From assembly GCA_045648925.1 (NCBI GenBank), contig JAZROY010000009.1, positions 1,062 through 65,061 on the forward strand: a DNA stretch of 64,000 nt, given 5' to 3'. The position numbers and the translations under genes are program-made. Positions within the stretch are counted from its first letter, which is position 1. Each line of letters begins with the position of its first letter. The notes beneath the pieces are model-generated. The model did not search any database and was not told where the DNA came from. It saw only the letters and a program-made list of their open reading frames with translations. Shown here in pieces: positions 28,687 to 39,576 of this stretch. This stretch comes from Candidatus Enterousia sp. (lineage in GTDB: Bacteria > Pseudomonadota > Alphaproteobacteria > Rs-D84).

Positions 28687-30546
28687 TTACAATACTTTTA
28701 CACAATCATCACGACCGGTAATGTTTTTAAATATCTCAGACACGTTCACTCTATCTTTGGCATCGGCAAAAGAACTGTCGCGGAACACAGCAATTGTCGG
28801 TTTTAAATTGGCGATTTCATAAACCAACTTTTCTGATATTTCCGGTTCAAAACATGCGACCAAATAATCACCACCGTTCACAACATAGTATTTTTTGCCA
28901 TCGCAAATTTTAGTTTCTATCGGCATATCCAGTGGCAATCCGCAATCAACCATTACCCCAAACAACAAATCCATATCCGAACGATCGGATTTAATATTGT
29001 CAACGGCATCCAACAAAGTTTTTTGGGTTGTATCCGATGGTTTGTAATAAACATCTTTCATATTGGTTGAATCAATACGCAAAACACGGAATCCGATATC
29101 TATATCTTTATCTGGATTTTCTGATTTTATTTTTTCACCGGCACGACGGATGCGTTCCTTGCCGATTTCACAGATATTTAAATATTCTGAATCTTCACCA
29201 CACTTTTCGGGCAATTGAACCATGATAAATCTTCTTTTGCCTCCATCTTCTGCGTTTAACTGCATCACTGAATGAGCAGTTGTTGCGGACCCAGAAAAGA
29301 AATCCAAAACTATTGAATCTTTATCTGTTGCAAGTTGCAGCAAAATACCCAGCAAAGGGACAGGCTTCGGAAAATCAAATTCATTGATACCCAAGTCGCT
29401 TAAAATTGAAGTGCCTAAATTATTCACATATTTAGAATTCATTAAATCATTGGTGGTCATTATCAAATTAGGGTCTTTATCAACCAAAACATTTGTTCCA
29501 ACTTGGAATTCTTTGTCTATATAGTTTCTAACCCTCAAAGTTGAAGCCGTTTCCACAACTATTCCCAACTCAATGGCTTTTTGCATACGGTCTTTAGTCC
29601 ATAGCCAGCGTCTTCTGTTACCCCTTGAATCCACAGGTTTATAAATCTTTCCATTAAATTCAACATCGTAATCACCACCCGCAGAATATCCTTGGGTTGC
29701 ACTGGCCAATATCGGACTCGTATCTCCTTCTATGTAAGAACCTTTATCATCATGCTTCAGATTGGTTAAATCTCTCTGAATAACACGATGAAAATCATAT
29801 TGTTTATTCTTTGCATAAACCACGATATAATCATTCGTTTTAGAAATATATTTTTCCTGAGCTGGTCTTTGTGCAGATGTCAAACGAGGTACTAAAGCCA
29901 CAAAGTTTTTTTCCCCGAAAACCTCATCCAAGATATTCTTCAAATTAACAACTTCATGGTCATCAATTGATATAAAGATTACCCCATCATCAGACAAAAA
30001 ATCACGGGCCAACTTTAAACGCGGGTACATCATACTGCACCAATCGGAATGGAACCGACCGTTGGTTTCGGTGTTCACGAACAAACGATTACCCTCGGTA
30101 TCACATGCCCCCTTTTTCTCAAGATATTCTTCACAACCAACCGCAAATTCATCACAATACACAAAATCATTGCCTGTATTGTATGGTGGATCGATGTAAA
30201 TCATTTTTACTTTGCCCAGATATGATTCCTGTAACAATTTCAGCGCATCCAGGTTGTCACCTTCGATATACAAATTCTTGGTTGTATCCCAATTCTTGGA
30301 ATCTTCCACAACCGGACGCAGGGTTTTACGAATTGGACGGTTGGCCTCTGCCTTGGCCGCGTTTTTACCAACCCACGTAAATTCATATTTCTCAATTGTA
30401 TCAGATGCTACATCATCCCTGAGAGCCGCCTTTAACTCTTCAAAGTCAATTTTACCCTCTCTGGTCACCGCACCAGGGCAAAATTCTTTGATCTTTTCCA
30501 CTGCAACAGATAATGGATTCTGTTCCATTTTTAATTTTTCAGTCAT
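28687..30546 (-). CDS. mod: Type III DNA methyltransferase Mod
   Basis: YIDPPYNTG, FPKP, LDFFSGSATT. Confidence 0.95.
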   Translation of the reverse strand: MTEKLKMEQNPLSVAVEKIKEFCPGAVTREGKIDFEELKAALRDDVASDTIEKYEFTWVGKNAAKAEANRPIRKTLRPVVEDSKNWDTTKNLYIEGDNLDALKLLQESYLGKVKMIYIDPPYNTGNDFVYCDEFAVGCEEYLEKKGACDTEGNRLFVNTETNGRFHSDWCSMMYPRLKLARDFLSDDGVIFISIDDHEVVNLKNILDEVFGEKNFVALVPRLTSAQRPAQEKYISKTNDYIVVYAKNKQYDFHRVIQRDLTNLKHDDKGSYIEGDTSPILASATQGYSAGGDYDVEFNGKIYKPVDSRGNRRRWLWTKDRMQKAIELGIVVETASTLRVRNYIDKEFQVGTNVLVDKDPNLIMTTNDLMNSKYVNNLGTSILSDLGINEFDFPKPVPLLGILLQLATDKDSIVLDFFSGSATTAHSVMQLNAEDGGKRRFIMVQLPEKCGEDSEYLNICEIGKERIRRAGEKIKSENPDKDIDIGFRVLRIDSTNMKDVYYKPSDTTQKTLLDAVDNIKSDRSDMDLLFGVMVDCGLPLDMPIETKICDGKKYYVVNGGDYLVACFEPEISEKLVYEIANLKPTIAVFRDSSFADAKDRVNVSEIFKNITGRDDCVKVL

Positions 30547-32024
30547 TATTTCCGTCCTTTACTTGTAACATATTTTTGATTTGGATGATTAGGGACCGCA
30601 GGATGTAACCACTGTATAAGTCCGCGTTGTATCAATGGTTTCAGTATATTTTTCACAACATATTGCCTATCACGCAAGTTCAAAACCGACATGATCTCTT
30701 GTGCAGATTTCGGTTCCGTACAAAAATCCAAAATAATTTGAACTTGTGGAGTAACTTGTGGAGTAGCTTGTGGGGTAACTTGTGGAGTAACTTGATCACC
30801 AACTTGATTACTTGAGCCCCCAAGTTTGGCTTCATCTATTTGATTATTCTTAAAAAATGGTATCGGCAAGGTTACTCTGAAGGTTGGCAAGTCCTGGATA
30901 ATCGGATCATTTCCAGCATAAATGCGTGCATAATGGAATAATTTTGTAAATCCAGAACCTAATTCTTCAACAAGCCCTAACTCTCTAAAAAATCTTGCAA
31001 TATTCGGGTTTTTGGGGTGTGACGTCATGTTTTTCACAGTAATAAACCCATTTATGTATGGCTTATTACTGTTTTCTGTATAAATTTTGTCTTCCTCTAT
31101 AATGATCCTTGTAGGCTCCGCCCCAGAATATTCCTTGTGCACAATCGCATTAGCGATAATTTCACGAAAGATAATCGTTCTTAGGTCTATTCTTTCATCT
31201 TTTTCAAGATAAAATGGTGATGGCAAATGTTTTTCTATAAATGCCATCGCTTTATCATAAGTTTCGATAAGATTTGTCGATAAAACCTCGCGATCATCAT
31301 ACCTGTCTTTGTTTACGACACGTTTCACCAAATCAACTTTGTATGCAGGCACTGCCGAATGAATTGTTTCATCTTTACCAAACAGTAAAATACAAGCCAA
31401 AGTGAAACCGGTATCGCCCGTGTTCAAATCTTTCTGGTACAGACCCATATTTTGCAAAATTTGCATATTATCCATTGTCAACCAAGGATGACTGCCATTA
31501 CTACGTATTCTAACAATATTACGGACACGTTCAAACAAGTCTGCACGCAAATCATCCATTGTAACGGCAGCAAATATCTTATTTTCTGAATACGATGAAC
31601 TTTTTTGATTATATAACTGATGTACTAAATTCTGATTATCGGTAATATTCATATCGGCATCATGATTACGAACATAAATATAGCTTTTATGCCGATGTAC
31701 TTGCGAAGATTCTGGCACAAAAACATGTAACACTGTTTTTTTATCGATCGGATATGGCTCTAATTGAGAATAGCAAGGAGGGTTTATAACCTGACTATTA
31801 TTGATAGCCGTAGAAAAAGCTTGTTGCATATTGAATACACAATCAGGATCCACACCAATAATTTCACCATTATCTTTGACCCCCAACAAAATATCGCCCC
31901 CCTTAGTATTTAAAAAAGCACATACCGTTTCGTACACATTATTAGGAATATTGTTTGTTGCCAATTTAAATTCTGTTGTCAAACCTTCACCGCCTGCGAT
32001 AATAGATTTTATTTTATCTGTCAT
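30546..32024 (-). CDS. AlbA_2 (Schlafen-like) + HATPase-like + C-terminal HTH protein
   Basis: GEGLTTEFK...ETVCAFLNTKGGDILLGV; REIIANAIVHKEY; NPNIARFF...VEELGSGF; HPNQKY end. Confidence 0.85.
   Translation of the reverse strand: MTDKIKSIIAGGEGLTTEFKLATNNIPNNVYETVCAFLNTKGGDILLGVKDNGEIIGVDPDCVFNMQQAFSTAINNSQVINPPCYSQLEPYPIDKKTVLHVFVPESSQVHRHKSYIYVRNHDADMNITDNQNLVHQLYNQKSSSYSENKIFAAVTMDDLRADLFERVRNIVRIRSNGSHPWLTMDNMQILQNMGLYQKDLNTGDTGFTLACILLFGKDETIHSAVPAYKVDLVKRVVNKDRYDDREVLSTNLIETYDKAMAFIEKHLPSPFYLEKDERIDLRTIIFREIIANAIVHKEYSGAEPTRIIIEEDKIYTENSNKPYINGFITVKNMTSHPKNPNIARFFRELGLVEELGSGFTKLFHYARIYAGNDPIIQDLPTFRVTLPIPFFKNNQIDEAKLGGSSNQVGDQVTPQVTPQATPQVTPQVQIILDFCTEPKSAQEIMSVLNLRDRQYVVKNILKPLIQRGLIQWLHPAVPNHPNQKYVTSKGRK
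30742..30801 (-). repeat. In-frame 12-bp tandem repeat (QVTP linker)
   Basis: ACTTGTGGAGTA-like units x4 plus one degenerate unit. Confidence 0.85.
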
Positions 32025-32677
32025 GACAGCTCCTTTACTTTCGCTTCTATTTTACGAATTTGATCTTTTATTTCAAACTTTTTATTTAATTGCACCGTTG
32101 TGCGTAATTTTTGTTCCAAATCAGATATTTGTTTTTCTAATTTTGTGCGTTCTATATCACGATCAACCGCATTTTGCAGACCGATACCATCGGTTTTTAC
32201 GCGACCGCCAGATATTTGTTCTATGAAGCCATTGTATATTTTATCCAACGTGGTGCCATGCAATTCAAGATTCAGCCCATCCAACCAATCAGTTGTCCAC
32301 CGTTTGTCTATTGTGCTTGAATCTTTAGAATTTATCGTTTTATGGGCGATACTGGCACACTGTTTATCACCATATTCCAAAATAAATAGAACATATCCAG
32401 CGCAAATTGTTTTATCCAGTGCATCCAATAATTTTTCGTTTATCTTTTTATGCTTTAATTTGATTTTCAAAACCAGTATTTCTGGGAATTCGGTTCCAGC
32501 ATCAACATTCAAAGTGTCGCGCGCCAATCTATTTGATATCGTTATTTTTTCAACATCATCAACCAAAGCCTGTTTCAATGCCCCAGTCAGTGTATTCTGG
32601 GCATAAAAGCGTTCTTTTGCTAAAAATTTACCGATTTCGGTCGTTTTTGGCCAATTCATTTCACCACCACAAAGCAA
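32021..32677 (-). CDS. DUF4391 protein
   Basis: WP..T...K.L.KE.FY start and QLNKKFEI end; usual position between helicase and mod. Confidence 0.85.
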   Translation of the reverse strand: MLCGGEMNWPKTTEIGKFLAKERFYAQNTLTGALKQALVDDVEKITISNRLARDTLNVDAGTEFPEILVLKIKLKHKKINEKLLDALDKTICAGYVLFILEYGDKQCASIAHKTINSKDSSTIDKRWTTDWLDGLNLELHGTTLDKIYNGFIEQISGGRVKTDGIGLQNAVDRDIERTKLEKQISDLEQKLRTTVQLNKKFEIKDQIRKIEAKVKELS

Positions 32678-35600
32678 ATAAGTTCAAAGTCATCCAATCC
32701 CTGAATATTGTTTACCCCCAATGTAGATCCACCGTAGGTGAATATACTGTTCACATCTGATTCTTCTTTGACATTTATAATCGTCTGGATAGATTTGTTC
32801 AACATGTCGGAATAATGTTTCATATCAAAACCGTCTTTGGTTTCGGTGTTAAAGCTTTTGCATAGGACTTTATTCGGCGATATTTGTCCTTTGCATAACC
32901 GTCCCATGATATCCAACATCTTTTTGGCACTTAAATGATCACAAACCACTTCACCACTTTCAGCTAAATACACCATATAGAACGGATGTAATCTGTTTTG
33001 TTTGTCTATCTTTTCTCCGTTATTGACATTACGCAGTACGAATATCACCCCAGACGGCATATCAGATGTTGCGGCAACAACGGCGTGCATACCCTTGGCC
33101 GCATGTTCAATTTCAGGATGCGATTTATGATAATCGACAACTTCTAATCTGAATTCATTCAGACCCAAATCCATGATATTCACACCAGTATTCATGTCTT
33201 CCAGATCTGGTGTTTCTGTTTTGATTTTTTCCAGTTGGGCTTTTCTGTATTGTAAATCCTGATCTTTACCAATGACGTTTATACCGGTACTGGTAATAGC
33301 AACCCCTGTCATACGATTTTGGACACGGTTAGTCAAATCGATGTATTTATCCAATTCGCGTTCTGGCCAGAAATTGACCATCTGGATTTTATCGTTTTGA
33401 CTACCGATACGGTCAATACGACCGAAACGCTGTACAATACGAACTGGATTCCAGTGAATGTCAAAATTCACCATATAATCACAGTCCTGCAAATTTTGCC
33501 CTTCACTGATGCAGTCTGTACCGATTAAAATATCGATATCTTCGGACGGCATATTGTTCAATACATCACGATCCTTGGATACTGGTGAAAACATTGTTAA
33601 CAATTCATTAAAATCAAATTTACCCTTGTCGCCATTGCGTTTAATTGTGGAATCACTGGTATTCGCATCACCGGTCACCACGCCCGTATTCAAACCAAAT
33701 TCTTTGGACACATATTTTGATATATTGTCGTACAAATATTGTGCGGTATCGGCCCATGCGGTAAATATCAAAACTTTTTTGTTATTCGCATTTAATGGAT
33801 GTTCAATTTTATTTTTGATAATAGATTTAAGTTCGTTTAACTTATTGTCTAACTCTGGGGTCATGTGACTGAATAATTCTATGATATCATTAAAGATCGC
33901 CTGATCATTTTGTAATTCACGCAACCAAGATTCATAATCCATATCGTTGAAATCAATGCTATATTCACCATAGGTTGTATCAATTTGGTCATCTTCATCA
34001 TCGATATCGAATATATCCAGTTTGAATCCTTTGGCAGTATGGGATTTTTTAAACTTTTCTATCGCAGATACCGCATTATTGATTTTATCTGCTATAGATT
34101 TTGCGGTTTCGTTAAAAGAGAACCACGAGCTTTCCAAACGTTTCATCAAATTGATTGCCATCAATTTACGGGTTCCCATTTCACGGCCAGTAAGTGAAAT
34201 ACCTTTCCCTGCTTTTTTACCGTATTTGGATTCATATTTTGGTAATTTACTTGGGAATATGAATTTTGATGGCGAATAAACACTAAGATACAAATGTTCT
34301 AATTTTCCAAACAAATCCGCATAATTTATTCCCAAACTGTCATCCAAAGTGATTGCCGGGTACCTGTTATCTGGTTCAAGGCGGGTTGGGAATTTTCCAA
34401 TTTCGGAAGTATCATAGCTTTTTTCAATATGCTTACGGCTTCTGGCAATTGTTACGGAATCCAAAACCTCGAAAAAATCTTGATCCAATCTATTCAATAA
34501 TTCTTCTGTTGTACGTTTTTCTTCTGGCAATTTGCTCCAATCGTTAAAGGCACGTTGGGCGTTGTTAAAGATGACGCTTAAACTTTTCTTGGTATTCAGT
34601 TTTTCGTTTATCTCGTCTTCTATACCTTCGTATGCCAATTCCAATTGATATTTCAAATCAACAAAACGATTATTTACCGGCGTTGCAGACAGCATCAACA
34701 CTTTTGTTTTTACGCCAGGTTTAAGAACTTTCTCCATCAATTGATTATAACGATTATATGATTCTATACCATCTTCATCGACAGTTGTTTTACCACCGTT
34801 TCTGAAATTATGACTTTCGTCAATTACCAACAGATCATAAGCACCCCAATTGATTTTTGATAAATCTATATTGCCAGACATACCGTGATCACGCGACAAA
34901 TCGGTATGATATAACACATCATAACGCAATCTGTCCTTGGCCACAGGATTATTCAAATAATTTTCTTTAAATGTTGCCCAGTTGTCTTGCAACTTTTTGG
35001 GGCACAAAACCAATACACTCTTATTACGGCATTCATAGTATTTTATAACCGCCAGCGCAGTAAATGTTTTACCAAGACCAACTGAATCCGCCAAAATACA
35101 TCCATTATATTTTTCCAATTTGTGGATTATATCCCTGGCTGCATCTTTTTGAAACGCAAACAACTTATTCCATATCTGGCTTTGTTTAAATCCTGTTGCT
35201 TCATTCGGCAGAACATCATCAGAAATATCGTTCAAAAATTCTTTGAAAATGTTATATAAAGTCACCATATAGATGTATTCTGGTGCATTTTCTGCATAAA
35301 TTGTTTCAATATGTTCCAGAATTCGCTGTTTTACATCTTCCATTTGTTCTGGATCATTCCAAATTTCATTGAACAGATTCAAATATTGCTTGCTGTTTTC
35401 ATTTTCCAAGCGGTTGACATACATCGCCAACGCATTGCCCTTTTCTGTGCCCAAATCTGTCGTTGTAAAACCGTTCATTCCGATGTAGGTATATTTGTCC
35501 CCAATGTTTATAAAAGGCTGTATAAAACGGTTTGTTTTGTTGGATTTAAATTGCACTTTGGCTCGGATCCAATCTGCACATTCTTTAGATATTGCTTTTT

Positions 35601-35949
35601 GTGTCATTTGGTTACGTAACCGCAATTCAAAATCAGTACCATACAAACTTTGTTCGCGTTCTTGACGGGGAATGTAAAATTCGCGTTGTTCTTTATGATT
35701 GTTTTCACTTAAAAATGTCGGCGATGTAAATATAAAACGCAATTCATCTATATTTTCCAACTGTTTCTTCAAATCTTGATATGCATAAATAGAAAAACAT
35801 GCCGCAGCAATTGATAGTTTGGAATGCTTTTTTATTTCGGTTTTCAGATCATCCGCTAACCTGTTGTTTATATTATCAAATAATTGTATTTTATTATTGA
35901 ACAAAGCCATATACGAACCCTTTTGGGGTATAGTAGGACAAATGTTCAA
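32656..35949 (-). CDS. SNF2-family helicase with degenerate N-terminal PLD-like domain
   Basis: LADSVGLGKT, IDESHNFRN, LSATP, SEGQNLQ, QRFGRIDR; no intact HxK in the N-domain. Confidence 0.9.
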   Translation of the reverse strand: MNICPTIPQKGSYMALFNNKIQLFDNINNRLADDLKTEIKKHSKLSIAAACFSIYAYQDLKKQLENIDELRFIFTSPTFLSENNHKEQREFYIPRQEREQSLYGTDFELRLRNQMTQKAISKECADWIRAKVQFKSNKTNRFIQPFINIGDKYTYIGMNGFTTTDLGTEKGNALAMYVNRLENENSKQYLNLFNEIWNDPEQMEDVKQRILEHIETIYAENAPEYIYMVTLYNIFKEFLNDISDDVLPNEATGFKQSQIWNKLFAFQKDAARDIIHKLEKYNGCILADSVGLGKTFTALAVIKYYECRNKSVLVLCPKKLQDNWATFKENYLNNPVAKDRLRYDVLYHTDLSRDHGMSGNIDLSKINWGAYDLLVIDESHNFRNGGKTTVDEDGIESYNRYNQLMEKVLKPGVKTKVLMLSATPVNNRFVDLKYQLELAYEGIEDEINEKLNTKKSLSVIFNNAQRAFNDWSKLPEEKRTTEELLNRLDQDFFEVLDSVTIARSRKHIEKSYDTSEIGKFPTRLEPDNRYPAITLDDSLGINYADLFGKLEHLYLSVYSPSKFIFPSKLPKYESKYGKKAGKGISLTGREMGTRKLMAINLMKRLESSWFSFNETAKSIADKINNAVSAIEKFKKSHTAKGFKLDIFDIDDEDDQIDTTYGEYSIDFNDMDYESWLRELQNDQAIFNDIIELFSHMTPELDNKLNELKSIIKNKIEHPLNANNKKVLIFTAWADTAQYLYDNISKYVSKEFGLNTGVVTGDANTSDSTIKRNGDKGKFDFNELLTMFSPVSKDRDVLNNMPSEDIDILIGTDCISEGQNLQDCDYMVNFDIHWNPVRIVQRFGRIDRIGSQNDKIQMVNFWPERELDKYIDLTNRVQNRMTGVAITSTGINVIGKDQDLQYRKAQLEKIKTETPDLEDMNTGVNIMDLGLNEFRLEVVDYHKSHPEIEHAAKGMHAVVAATSDMPSGVIFVLRNVNNGEKIDKQNRLHPFYMVYLAESGEVVCDHLSAKKMLDIMGRLCKGQISPNKVLCKSFNTETKDGFDMKHYSDMLNKSIQTIINVKEESDVNSIFTYGGSTLGVNNIQGLDDFELICFVVVK

Positions 35950-35967
35950 AAAAATCTACAAATAATC

Positions 35968-37467
35968 CTATTTTTTTAATAATTGTGGATTTTGGGCTAA
36001 ATTTGTATAAATTTTAGCTCTTTCCGCATCTTTATCATCAGAACCATGCTCTTTTTGCAATTTTTCGGCATCTTGTTTTTGCTTGTCTAATTCCGGCAAT
36101 AAATTTGCTAATTTTGGTTGGATTTGTTCATAATAAAAATTATTATTAAGAAAATCTTTTTTTATAAGGTCAGATATGATATCGTGACAATATTGAATTG
36201 CACTGTAAAGCTCTTCATATGTTTTTGGTGTTTCGCCAGCTTTGTTTATTAGGGCATGAAAGTTTTCTGGCTTTGACAGCAAAATGCTACTGTTTATATT
36301 TTGTAGAGTTTCATATACAATATATTTGTTGAATACAGTATATTTTGGGTTTTGTTGATTGTTCTTGTAAATATCATTTTCACCATATTGAATATCCGTT
36401 TGTTCTGCCCACTTTGTTGCTTTTTGTTTATGCAAGCGGTTGCACAAGGTGTAAGCGAGCAATCTACATCTGATTGGTTCGTTGTAATTATTGCAGAAAA
36501 ATTTGGCTTTTTTGATAATTTCTACTGTTTCTCGATATGAAAAACCGCATTTTTTAGCATATTCTGCAATCCATTTCTGCAATTCGATTATGCTGTTAAA
36601 ACCGTTCCTGTCGTAAACCAGATTTTTTGCAAACTCTTTCGGCGTTATGTTATCTGAACAGATTTTTTCATAATTCAAATTTGGAATATCAATGATTTCA
36701 TTGAAAAACTTTTGCAAATAATCTTCTTTATTGCCAAGTTTTTGACGTGCTTCGCTGGAAATTTGATAGAACGCATCCACACAAATTCGCAATCTGTTTT
36801 GGTTTATCGGCATAACAACAATCAGACCTTCTATATCGAAGAAATGCTTTACCGCTTCTAATGTTTTAATTGCAAAATCTGGTCTGCATCTGTCCAGATC
36901 ATCAACGATAAATATCAATTTGTCATGCGGCAATAATTTTATATATTCTGCCAGTTGTGATTTTGCTTTTTGTAAAACATCGACTGGTAATTCTAAATTC
37001 TTCAAATTATCGATAAACTTATCCAGATTGGTTGTTGCACCAACTGCTACACCTTTTACTTGAACACCAACGTTAAGTTCTGTAGCACGTGCCCATGAAG
37101 ACAGCAAATGCCGTATAGACTGGAAAGTTTTTGGTTTTATAACTTTTTGTTCTTGTTTTACCAACAATGCGATTTGCTCAACAAAAATACTCAATGGATC
37201 GTTTTTATAATCATTTTCCCAAGCACTAAAATACAACGTTCTTATTTTCTTGTGCATCTGCACTGCGAAGCGTGTTGAAAAATGCGTTTTACCTGTTCCG
37301 TATCCTCCATCCAAACCGATCACATATGGTGTATCAACATCTTGTAAAAAGTTTTGTAAATCATTTGCAAAATCGACTATCTCTGGCGCAGTATCGTCCC
37401 ATAAGTGTTTGCTCTTCTTCTGCAAATCCTTAGGTGATAATTTAAAAATATTCGCAACATCTTTCAT
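35968..37467 (-). CDS. KAP-family P-loop NTPase
   Basis: GLDGGYGTGKT, FIVDDLDRCRP, YLQKFF. Confidence 0.88.
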   Translation of the reverse strand: MKDVANIFKLSPKDLQKKSKHLWDDTAPEIVDFANDLQNFLQDVDTPYVIGLDGGYGTGKTHFSTRFAVQMHKKIRTLYFSAWENDYKNDPLSIFVEQIALLVKQEQKVIKPKTFQSIRHLLSSWARATELNVGVQVKGVAVGATTNLDKFIDNLKNLELPVDVLQKAKSQLAEYIKLLPHDKLIFIVDDLDRCRPDFAIKTLEAVKHFFDIEGLIVVMPINQNRLRICVDAFYQISSEARQKLGNKEDYLQKFFNEIIDIPNLNYEKICSDNITPKEFAKNLVYDRNGFNSIIELQKWIAEYAKKCGFSYRETVEIIKKAKFFCNNYNEPIRCRLLAYTLCNRLHKQKATKWAEQTDIQYGENDIYKNNQQNPKYTVFNKYIVYETLQNINSSILLSKPENFHALINKAGETPKTYEELYSAIQYCHDIISDLIKKDFLNNNFYYEQIQPKLANLLPELDKQKQDAEKLQKEHGSDDKDAERAKIYTNLAQNPQLLKK

Positions 37468-37559
37468 GGCTTTTTCTCCAAAATTTTTATCTTTCTATTC
37501 ACACCATGCATGAAAAAATTTCATTTGTAAAGGCCTTATTTTCTGCGGATTTTAGCGTT

Positions 37560-37821
37560 GATACATGATGATACACCATGATACATTTAACCCCAAAAAT
37601 GAGAAATTTTTGTATTTAAACATCTATCGAAACATTTAAATGCGCTTTGATACAAATTGATATAAATTGGCACACACGACCACTTTTCAAGCAAATTACT
37701 TCTGAAATTCCCCCAAAAATGAAAAAATGCCAAAATGTGTCCGCACCAGGTCCGCACCCTAGGTCCGCACTTAACATATTGAAAATACGATTCTTTTTTC
37801 TGCAGGGTGCGGACCGCGGAC
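37560..37821. repeat. Iteron/arm-like repeat cluster
   Basis: GATACA(T/C) x3 at 10-bp period (37560, 37570, 37580); GTCCGCAC x3 (37739, 37750, 37763) and inverted GTGCGGAC at 37807. Confidence 0.75.
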
Positions 37822-38314
37822 CGTTTTTTTAGTTCTGTGTGTAGCGAGGTGGTGCGCTCGCCGTTACCCTCGATAAAAAACATCTGTCACAGAACCTATT
37901 TTATTTTTTACCGCGTATTTCCGCCATTTTTTTCAATTGTGGCTTAAGGCTGAGGAACATCCACGATCATGACATTTGCCAAGAAAAACATCTTGATATT
38001 TCATGATATACCCCTATTGATTGAAATATTTATAAACACTTTTAAAAACATTATTGACATTTCGATACTTGTACGTAATTTCTCAACAAGTTTTCAACAA
38101 TTTTTTTTGCATTTCTTCTTTCTCTTCCTTTTAATTTTATTTTTATTTATATATATTTCTTCTTTCTCTTCTTCTACTGATGATTTCTATCGTGATTTCT
38201 GGTGTGAAATTTGTTCTGATTTCAATATTGATTTCAGGTGTTTTTTTAAGAATAAAAAAGTGCTGTCGATGCGATTAAACCATCGCAAAATATCAAAAAT
38301 ATGTTTTCAAAATA

Positions 38315-39511
38315 CTATCCGCATATTGCGTTCGCAACGTTATTTATTGCGCGATAAGTGCTACTATCCATGATGTGCGTGTACCCTTCGGTAGTGGTTA
38401 TACGGGAATGCCCGGCCGCTTCTTTCATAGCCGCCATATTTTCGCCTATATTCGCCCCCATACTGATGAAAGAATGCCGCAGATCGTGTATTCGCATGTG
38501 CGGAAGTTTTGCGTATTCCAATGCCCATTCAAACGGTTTACGGATGTTATTTATCGGGCGACGGGTATTACCAACGCCAGGGAATACATATTTGCTGCCC
38601 AACGCCTTGGCTTCATCCAGCGCAGCCTGCAAATATGGTATAACCGCATCGCATAACTTCACATCCCTTGCACCGGTCTTACTGTCTTTCAAGTGTATCA
38701 CTTTGTGCATCAGGACGACTTCATCTACTTCTAGTCCCGTTATTTCTGATGCGCGACATCCGGTCAGCATTAACACCCGCAGCGCGTTGAATAACCGCGG
38801 ATGCATTCTGGACGCTTTTGGCCCGACATCCAGCGCATGCGATAATGCACGATATCCTTCTTGATCAAGTATCTGTGGTTTATATACCTTGTTTGCACCT
38901 TTGCGAACATATTTGCATGGATTAGTATTACGATCCACGTATTTATACATTTCGCACCAGTCCCAGAAATTTGAAAATAACGACAATGCTTTATTTGCGG
39001 TTGAAAACGATATCTTTTTCACCCATTTGGCATAGGCGTCCATTACATTTTTTTCTTCTATTTGGCGCATGTATAATTTATCAAACATGGGCCCCAGGTA
39101 TAATCGATATTCGCCCCAATTGGAATCTTGCGTTCGTGGTTTCTTGTAAACCTTGGCATATTTTTCCATGTATTGGGGAAATAGATCTTCGAATTTTTCG
39201 CCAAGATCTTCCTGTTGTTCTGTTTTTTCGCGACGCGGGTCTTGACCATTGGCAATTTGACGCCGCAAATTCCATGCCATTTCACGAATGTCTTTAATTG
39301 AATAATCGTTATATCGCCCGATATAAAGATTGCATTTCTTGTTATCGATTTTACATCCCAAGAAAAATCTGATTGCGCGCGTTGATGCGGAATACCGCAG
39401 AAACAATCCGGGGATTGTTCCATCGCTTACCTGTAAATTTACATCAGAACGCAACAAATGTATCCAAGTATCGCGAAACGGCTTCGTATAGCATTTCCAT
39501 TGCTTTTCCAT
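38315..39511 (-). CDS. int: Tyrosine integrase of element B
   Basis: TGCRASE, RIHDLRHS, AGHS, EGYTH; start moved to ATG 39511 with AAAGGAG RBS. Confidence 0.93.
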   Translation of the reverse strand: MEKQWKCYTKPFRDTWIHLLRSDVNLQVSDGTIPGLFLRYSASTRAIRFFLGCKIDNKKCNLYIGRYNDYSIKDIREMAWNLRRQIANGQDPRREKTEQQEDLGEKFEDLFPQYMEKYAKVYKKPRTQDSNWGEYRLYLGPMFDKLYMRQIEEKNVMDAYAKWVKKISFSTANKALSLFSNFWDWCEMYKYVDRNTNPCKYVRKGANKVYKPQILDQEGYRALSHALDVGPKASRMHPRLFNALRVLMLTGCRASEITGLEVDEVVLMHKVIHLKDSKTGARDVKLCDAVIPYLQAALDEAKALGSKYVFPGVGNTRRPINNIRKPFEWALEYAKLPHMRIHDLRHSFISMGANIGENMAAMKEAAGHSRITTTEGYTHIMDSSTYRAINNVANAICG

Positions 39512-39576
39512 ATGTGTAACTCCTTTGGTTGCGACTACACAGTGCAACACACAAATAAAATAGCAAGTAAAAACAA

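Noticed and set aside
28687-30546. Phase-variable mod (phasevarion)
   Set aside because: No simple-sequence repeat tract seen in the gene or its start region
30742-30801. 12-bp tandem repeat as contingency locus or CRISPR
   Set aside because: In-frame QVTP linker, common in this protein family; no spacers
32656-35949. DISARM or BREX assignment
   Set aside because: No DrmA/B/C or PglZ/BrxC/BrxL partners; context is DUF4391-mod-res
37969-38373. 134-aa plus-strand ORF
   Set aside because: Low-complexity F/I-rich translation of an AT-rich repeat tract; probably non-coding
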